Shown here: positions 59,359 through 64,000 of the stretch, piece after piece
Position numbering within the stretch: position 1 is the first letter of the stretch
Layout: every line of letters starts with the position of its first letter
Assembly (NCBI GenBank): GCA_028279945.1
Contig: JANQMT010000105.1
Location: 33,628 to 97,627 of the forward strand
DNA from: Clostridia bacterium
GTDB lineage: Bacteria > Bacillota > Clostridia > Peptostreptococcales > JAAYPU01
DNA length: 64,000 nucleotides
Direction: 5' to 3'
Made by a program: the position numbers and the translations under genes
Notes under the pieces: generated by a model
What the model saw: the letters and a program-made list of their open reading frames with translations, nothing else
The model's database searches: none
What the model was told of the DNA's origin: nothing

Positions 59359-60271
59359 GAGAGTTCTAGTGGCTTCAAAGACCTGCCGTACAGTGATGCC
59401 GGAAAATGAGATGCGAATACTGTTTTTAGAACACGGTATGGAACCTGACTTTCGTTTTCTTTGCGACAGTATGGGTGACTTAAGCGAGTTCGATGCTGTA
59501 ATCATAGGCACGGAATATATTGGAGAAAATGAGCTTAGGCTTATGAAAAAAGTACGGGTTATTGAGAAATTCGGTGTGGGCACGGACAATATCGACTTAA
59601 GAGCTGCCCAAAAGCGCAATATTGAAATTCTCAATATGCCGGGTATAAACAGTGAATGTGTAGCCGAAATGGCGCTGAGCCTGATGATGGCCGCTGCACG
59701 CTGTATAACCGTATCGGACAGGAGCGTAAGATCCGGCAGTTGGCCGAGAATTATCGGGTCATCTATGTGTGGGAAAACGCTGGGCATTATTGGCACCGGC
59801 GCTATTGGAAGAGCGGTATGCAGCCTTGTATCAGGGTTTCATATGGATGTTTTGGGTTTCGACCCTATGGAGAATACCGAGTTTACAAAACTTGGCGGAC
59901 GCTATGTTTCGTTTCACACACTGCTTGAAAACTCCGATTTTATTAGCCTTCACGTACCTCTATTAGACGCTACTCGTCATTTGATAGGTAAAAGTGAGCT
60001 TTCTATTATAAAAGAAAATGTTGTCATTATCAATACGGCAAGAGGCGGATTAATAGATGAAGCTGCACTTTATGAGTTTCTTCTGAAACACGGCAGTGCT
60101 CGTGGGGGGCTGGATGTCTTAGAGCATGAGCCGCCATTAAACAGTCCCCTTTTAAGTCTTTCCAATGTGATTATCACGCCTCATATTGCTGCATACGATG
60201 ACGGGACACTGAGGAGAATGCTGACTATGTGTATCAATAATCTTGAAGCGTTCTTTAATAAATTAGGATAA
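59345..60271 (+). CDS. D-isomer-specific 2-hydroxyacid dehydrogenase family protein
   Basis: GIIGTGAIGRAV NAD motif, NTARGGLID and ITPHIAA catalytic His region. Confidence 0.85.
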   Translation: MMTNKRVLVASKTCRTVMPENEMRILFLEHGMEPDFRFLCDSMGDLSEFDAVIIGTEYIGENELRLMKKVRVIEKFGVGTDNIDLRAAQKRNIEILNMPGINSECVAEMALSLMMAAARCITVSDRSVRSGSWPRIIGSSMCGKTLGIIGTGAIGRAVCSLVSGFHMDVLGFDPMENTEFTKLGGRYVSFHTLLENSDFISLHVPLLDATRHLIGKSELSIIKENVVIINTARGGLIDEAALYEFLLKHGSARGGLDVLEHEPPLNSPLLSLSNVIITPHIAAYDDGTLRRMLTMCINNLEAFFNKLG

Positions 60272-60400
60272 GACATGAAGAAAAAGAAGTTAAAAGCAAT
60301 GATATGGCGTAGAAACTTGCTGCGACAATACATTTAAAGATGGTAAAGATTACTTATGTAATCATCAAATATACCAATACATAATATGGAGGGAAACATA

Positions 60401-61300
60401 ATGAAAGCAAAAGAATTTATTGGAATTATTCCACCGGCACTATCATCATTTGATAAAAATGGTGAGCTATACGAAAAGGGAATTCGTGAGAACATCCGCT
60501 TTTTACTGCCATATGTAAACGGTCTTTACCCTATTGGAACATATGGCTGCGGTCCATGCATGGGAATTGACGAACGCAAGCAAGCGTTGGAAATCATTTT
60601 GGATGAAGTAAATGGGAAGGTTCCGGTTGTTGCACATGTAGGAACTGCCGATACAAAAACCACGTGTGAGCTTGCAAGGCATGCTAAAAGTGCCGGTGCA
60701 TCAGGTGTTGGAGCGATATCACCCTACTACTCTCCCAACCTATCTGAAGAAGCGTTGTATGCGCATTTTTCCAAGCTTTTGGATGCAGTTAATGAAGAAG
60801 AATTTCCGGTATTTGTGTACAACAATCATCATCTCTCACAGAATACCATCACGCCTAAGCTTTTATATAAGCTGGCTGAAAATGGATTACGCGGCTGCAA
60901 GGACAGTTCATTTGATATCGTAAATTATTATGCATTCCATGAGGCAATTAAAGAGTTTAAAGATTTTAACCTGATTGTTGGAACCGAGGCTATTTTTGTT
61001 GCTGCATTTGATGCAGGTGCAACCGGCTGCGTGTGCGGTATGGCAAACGCTTTCCCAGAGATTATGAAAGACTTGTACGATGCATATATCAAAGAAGAAA
61101 AGGAGAAAGCAATGGAGCTTCAGTACAGGGTTCTTGAAATGCGCAAGGTCATAAAGTCCGGACCCACGGTTCCTATTTTACATGCAATCCTTGCTATGCG
61201 AGGCATTGACTCAGGAGTTCCGAGAAGTCCATACATTGATGTCAGCGACGAGTTGAAAGCCAATGTTGCACAGAGCCTTAAAAAGATGAACCTGTTATAA
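60401..61300 (+). CDS. DapA/NAL-family class I aldolase (atypical N-terminal motif)
   Basis: Schiff-base lysine context GCKDSS, SPYY and VYNN tyrosines retained. GTYGCG stands in place of GTTGE. ATG 60401 follows GGAGGG. Confidence 0.8.
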   Translation: MKAKEFIGIIPPALSSFDKNGELYEKGIRENIRFLLPYVNGLYPIGTYGCGPCMGIDERKQALEIILDEVNGKVPVVAHVGTADTKTTCELARHAKSAGASGVGAISPYYSPNLSEEALYAHFSKLLDAVNEEEFPVFVYNNHHLSQNTITPKLLYKLAENGLRGCKDSSFDIVNYYAFHEAIKEFKDFNLIVGTEAIFVAAFDAGATGCVCGMANAFPEIMKDLYDAYIKEEKEKAMELQYRVLEMRKVIKSGPTVPILHAILAMRGIDSGVPRSPYIDVSDELKANVAQSLKKMNLL

Positions 61301-61392
61301 ACAAACATAGAGCGGTAGCGGATGTAATAACGCTGCCGCAATTACAATTAGTAATCAATCGCCTTGATTGACAGTAAAAAGAGGTAAGTTTT

Positions 61393-61653
61393 ATGGTAAA
61401 GCAAGATGTACTTATTACAAATCCCACAGGTATCCATGCAAGGCCTGCTACCATGCTTGTGGATCTTTCAAAAAAGTTTGAATCAAATATTGTTATTGAA
61501 TTTGAAGGAATAAAGATCAACCCTAAGAGCATTCTCAGCGTACTTTCAGGGGAATTGAAGTCAGGAAAAAAGATATCCGTTGATGCAAGCGGCCCAGATG
61601 CCAACGAGGCTGTAAATGCAATTTGTAATTTCATTCGAACATTGAAGGAATAA
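61393..61653 (+). CDS. HPr-family phosphocarrier protein (locus-specific copy)
   Basis: 86 aa. GIHARPA with His15, and KSILS with Ser46. Confidence 0.9.
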   Translation: MVKQDVLITNPTGIHARPATMLVDLSKKFESNIVIEFEGIKINPKSILSVLSGELKSGKKISVDASGPDANEAVNAICNFIRTLKE

Positions 61654-61760
61654 AAAGTGTAATATTGAATTATTTATAAAAAGAGCATTGTAGAACAAGC
61701 GTAATCCTGTTATGACATATTATTATTGAACTATAAAAATTATTTGGAGGTGTGCTAAAT

Positions 61761-62675
61761 ATGCATGCATGGGAAGCAATTCAAAAAACAGTAGATTATA
61801 TTGAGGATAATTTGTCAGAAAAGATTACGACAGAAGAACTTGCAGCAATTGCTGCACTTTCTCCTTTTTATTTCCAAAGGCTCTTCACTCGATTAGTAAA
61901 TAAACCGGTAGGCGAGTATGTCAAATTGAGACGACTGGCTAGATCCTGTGAAGCATTAAAGAACAAGAACAAACGAATATTAGATGTTGCACTGGATTTT
62001 GGCTTTAACAGTCATGAAAGTTATACGAAAGCCTTTAAGATGGCATTTGATATCACACCTGATGAATACCGCAAAAATCCTATTCGTCTCAATCAAATTG
62101 TAAAACCAGAATTATTACTAAACTATACAATGATTGATGAAGATGTTCCGTTAATTACTGATAACATTGTTATAGAAATCACACGTAAGACACTGGATTT
62201 TCCTGAGAAATATGTAGGTATTACCGGTCAGGTAGCCATTTCCTCACAATTACCATTAGGCGAAACAACCGGTGTTGATACGCCAGGCGCACTTTGGGAT
62301 ACCTTTCATGAGAATAAACCAAACATCTTAGGCTTAATTCCTGACGGCATAGAGCTTGGAGCATCTATGATGGATGAATCCGGTGGTGAAACCTTCACTT
62401 ATTTTGCAGGTGGCACAGCTGATGATGATGCTTGTGCAGATGAAAAACTTACTATATGGGAATTACCTGCAGCTGAATATGTGGTGTGCTGCTTTGAGGC
62501 AGAAAGCTTTTCGGAGCTTACCACTTCAGCATTGAATAAAGCAATGAAATACCTCTTTGGAACATGGCTCCAAGTACACGACTTAGTCACACAGCCTTTT
62601 TCTGCTGAAAAGTATTATAAAACAACACCTGATGCAACGTATATGGAGATTTGGGTTATGCCTGTTCCTAAGTAA
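61761..62675 (+). CDS. AraC-family regulator with GyrI-like effector-binding domain
   Basis: N-terminal double HTH (LSPFYFQRLF, FGFNSHESYTKAFK) and a C-terminal GyrI-like/AraC_E_bind half. ATG 61761 follows GGAGGTG. Confidence 0.85.
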   Translation: MHAWEAIQKTVDYIEDNLSEKITTEELAAIAALSPFYFQRLFTRLVNKPVGEYVKLRRLARSCEALKNKNKRILDVALDFGFNSHESYTKAFKMAFDITPDEYRKNPIRLNQIVKPELLLNYTMIDEDVPLITDNIVIEITRKTLDFPEKYVGITGQVAISSQLPLGETTGVDTPGALWDTFHENKPNILGLIPDGIELGASMMDESGGETFTYFAGGTADDDACADEKLTIWELPAAEYVVCCFEAESFSELTTSALNKAMKYLFGTWLQVHDLVTQPFSAEKYYKTTPDATYMEIWVMPVPK

Positions 62676-62725
62676 AAATATAAGATTAAAGAATACGCAG
62701 TTTGGTCTGCCTACCTATTGCCCTT

Positions 62726-62759
62726 AGCTTTCAATCATTCATTGATTGAAAGCTTTTTA
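62726..62759 (+). terminator. rho-independent terminator
   Basis: AGCTTTCAATCA / TGATTGAAAGCT perfect 12-bp stem with a 5-nt loop and a T-run. Confidence 0.8.
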
Positions 62760-62760
62760 T

Positions 62761-62922
62761 ATTATTCCAAATGTCTGTATGGCAGCCGCATGGGGGGACG
62801 CTGTTACAAATTTAATTCAGTCATTCTGGGCATTGCCTTTGTTAGCCATTGCAAAATTAAAAATTAGAGATATTATGGGGCTGTCAACCAGATTTAATAG
62901 CTCGCATCATGTCATTGGATGA
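62761..62922 (+). pseudogene. C-terminal remnant of an AtoE-like short-chain fatty acid transporter
   Basis: Translation IIPNVCMAAAWGDAVTNLIQSFWALPLLAIAKLKIRDIMG matches my memory of the conserved AtoE-family C-terminal block up to about 62880. No SD or plausible full-length ORF. Confidence 0.45.
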
Positions 62923-62956
62923 TTGAGTTAACTTTAACTTTTTAAAACAGATTGAC

Positions 62957-62985
62957 TTGATTTAAACGGTTGATGCGTATATAAT
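62957..62985 (+). promoter_or_regulatory. candidate sigma-A promoter of the MerR-family gene
   Basis: TTGATT, 17-nt spacer, TATAAT. Confidence 0.55.
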
Positions 62986-62989
62986 GAAA

Positions 62990-63013
62990 CCCTCCACTAT
63001 AACACCAGACTTT
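62990..63013 (+). repeat. 24-nt direct repeat, left copy (CCCTCCACTATAACACCAGACTTT)
   Basis: 23/24 identical to 63809..63832. Begins 5 nt after the -10 and forms the 5' arm of an imperfect hairpin with CCGGTGATAT. Confidence 0.85.
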
Positions 63014-63053
63014 TAGCCGGTGATATGATTTAAGCGTTGGAGGTGAGTATAAA

Positions 63054-63821
63054 ATGAAGACCTATACCACATCAGAAATTGCACGGATAATTGGTATACA
63101 TCCGAATACGGTAAGACTTTATGAGAAATATGTGCTGATACCAAAACCAAAGCGACAGGAAAATGGCTACCGCGTGTTTACGGATTTTCATGTGGCGCAA
63201 TTTAGACTTGCAAGAGCAGCCCTAAAAGTACCGGTTTTACAAAACGGTTTGCGGAAAAAAGCCATTGATATTATTAAAACTTCAGCCACCGGAGATTTTG
63301 ATCAAGCCATTGGCCTTACTGAGAGTTATCTGCAACAAATCGGTAAAGAACAGATGAATGCTGAAGAAGCTATCACAATTGTAAGGCAAATATTATGCGG
63401 CGATATGGCTAAAGAAAAAATGGACCAACGATTCCTTACCCGGAAGGAAACGGCTGATTATCTGCAAGTTACAATAGATACCTTAAGAAATTGGGAATTA
63501 AATGGTCTGCTGACGGTTAAACGAAAGCAAAATGGTTATCGTATTTATACAGGAGAAGATATCAAACGGTTGAAGGTTATACGAACACTCCGTTGTGCCA
63601 ACTATTCCCTTGCGTCTATTTTGCGAATGTTGAGGGCATTATCCGGTAATCCTCAAGTAAATATAAGAAAGGTGATAGACACACCTCAAGAAAGTGAAGA
63701 CATTGTATCTGTTTGTGATGAATTGTTGACATCATTAAAAGCTGCTGAGAACAATGCACAAAATGTGTTAGCGCACCTTCTAAAGATGAAAAAGAAATAT
63801 AAAAACGACCCTACACTATAA
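63054..63821 (+). CDS. MerR-family regulator with two tandem MerR-type HTH domains
   Basis: First HTH: YTTSEIARIIGIHPNTVRLYEKYVLIPKPKRQENGYRVF. Second HTH: LTRKETADYLQVTIDTLRNWELNGLLTVKRKQNGYRIY. Confidence 0.85.
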   Translation: MKTYTTSEIARIIGIHPNTVRLYEKYVLIPKPKRQENGYRVFTDFHVAQFRLARAALKVPVLQNGLRKKAIDIIKTSATGDFDQAIGLTESYLQQIGKEQMNAEEAITIVRQILCGDMAKEKMDQRFLTRKETADYLQVTIDTLRNWELNGLLTVKRKQNGYRIYTGEDIKRLKVIRTLRCANYSLASILRMLRALSGNPQVNIRKVIDTPQESEDIVSVCDELLTSLKAAENNAQNVLAHLLKMKKKYKNDPTL

Positions 63822-63832
63822 CACCAGACTTT
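63809..63832 (+). repeat. 24-nt direct repeat, right copy (CCCTACACTATAACACCAGACTTT)
   Basis: Overlaps the last codons and stop of the MerR gene and the 5' arm of its terminator. Confidence 0.85.
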
Positions 63833-63854
63833 GCTCTGGTGTTATTATTTTTTT
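63818..63854 (+). terminator. rho-independent terminator of the MerR gene
   Basis: ATAACACCAGA / TCTGGTGTTAT perfect 11-bp stem with a 6-nt loop and a T-run. Confidence 0.8.
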
Positions 63855-63939
63855 GCAAGAGGGGGAGGAAACGCTATGCAGCACAGCATTGAAATAAAAC
63901 GTACAAAATGCTGGATAAAAAATAAGGAGGAAAAAAAGT

Positions 63940-64000
63940 ATGGAAGTAACAATAAAAGTAGAAAAGCTGACCAAAGCCTATGCCGGCATCAAGGCAATCG
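63940..64000 (+). CDS. ABC transporter ATP-binding protein, N-terminal 20 codons (continues past window)
   Basis: MEVTIKVEKLTKAYAGIKAI is a typical ABC NBD N-terminus. AAGGAGG lies 9 nt upstream. Confidence 0.6.
   Translation, partial: MEVTIKVEKLTKAYAGIKAI

Noticed and set aside
59323-59966. 157-aa minus-strand ORF and two plus-strand ORFs (59656..59928 and 59769..59966).
   Set aside because: They overlap the 2-hydroxyacid dehydrogenase gene, which has a clear NAD motif. They are explained by the roughly 50 percent GC of this segment.
60275-60337. 20-codon basic sORF (MKKKKLKAMIWRRNLLRQYI) between the dehydrogenase and aldolase genes.
   Set aside because: It has only a weak AGGA-type SD and a composition expected by chance in A-rich spacer DNA.
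61278-61634. 118-aa minus-strand ORF.
   Set aside because: It is antisense to a textbook HPr gene (His15 and Ser46 motifs).
63876-64000. Frame starting MQHSIEIKRTKCWIKNKEEKK, 6 nt after a strong GGGGGAGG, open to the window end.
   Set aside because: The sequence is Lys-rich and low-complexity. It overlaps the frame that encodes a typical ABC ATPase N-terminus with its own AAGGAGG. I first misread it as a 17-codon leader peptide, but re-counting codons shows no stop. It remains unresolved without downstream sequence.

Overview
This is a low-GC Firmicutes (Clostridia-like) chromosomal window. About 60 genes are confidently coding, almost all on the + strand. Bases 1-19,400 are conserved housekeeping: the end of tpiA, eno, secG, a membrane pyrophosphatase, rnr, a CBS protein, a TGS/uridine-kinase-family protein, nfo, pseudouridine salvage psuK-psuG, mgsA, two small permeases and pcrA-ligA. 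From 19.4 kb to the end the window is a chain of accessory substrate-utilisation modules, each with its own regulator. (1) XRE-cupin regulator, proline-racemase-family enzyme, TRAP transporter and a fused Fe-S L-serine-dehydratase-like enzyme. (2) An orphan protein, an AraC regulator and a two-gene ABC exporter. (3) An Opp-type peptide ABC importer, a Xaa-Pro peptidase, a divergent cyclophilin-like protein and a second XRE-cupin regulator. (4) A Phd/ParE toxin-antitoxin pair and a GNAT gene. (5) An RpiR-controlled operon with an alkyl-DHAP-synthase-like flavoenzyme, an MFS carrier, EtfB/EtfA, an SDR, an FGGY kinase and a BCCT carrier. (6) A PRD-activator-controlled ascorbate-family PTS locus with an unusual enzyme set and its own HPr. 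(7) An AraC/GyrI regulator, a double-HTH MerR regulator and the start of an ABC ATPase. I found no rRNA, tRNA, CRISPR array, transposase, integrase or recognisable phage or defence genes. The best candidates for undescribed biology are module 5, which resembles the unassigned E. coli ygc cluster, and module 6, a PTS-Asc locus with no known pathway logic and a sharp GC mosaic. Module 1 is a further candidate, because the racemase-family enzyme has a Ser/Cys catalytic pair. Two gene stubs (MATE and AtoE-like C-termini) and a 24-nt direct repeat bracketing the MerR gene mark recombination scars between modules. All family assignments rest on motif recognition by eye; no searches were run.
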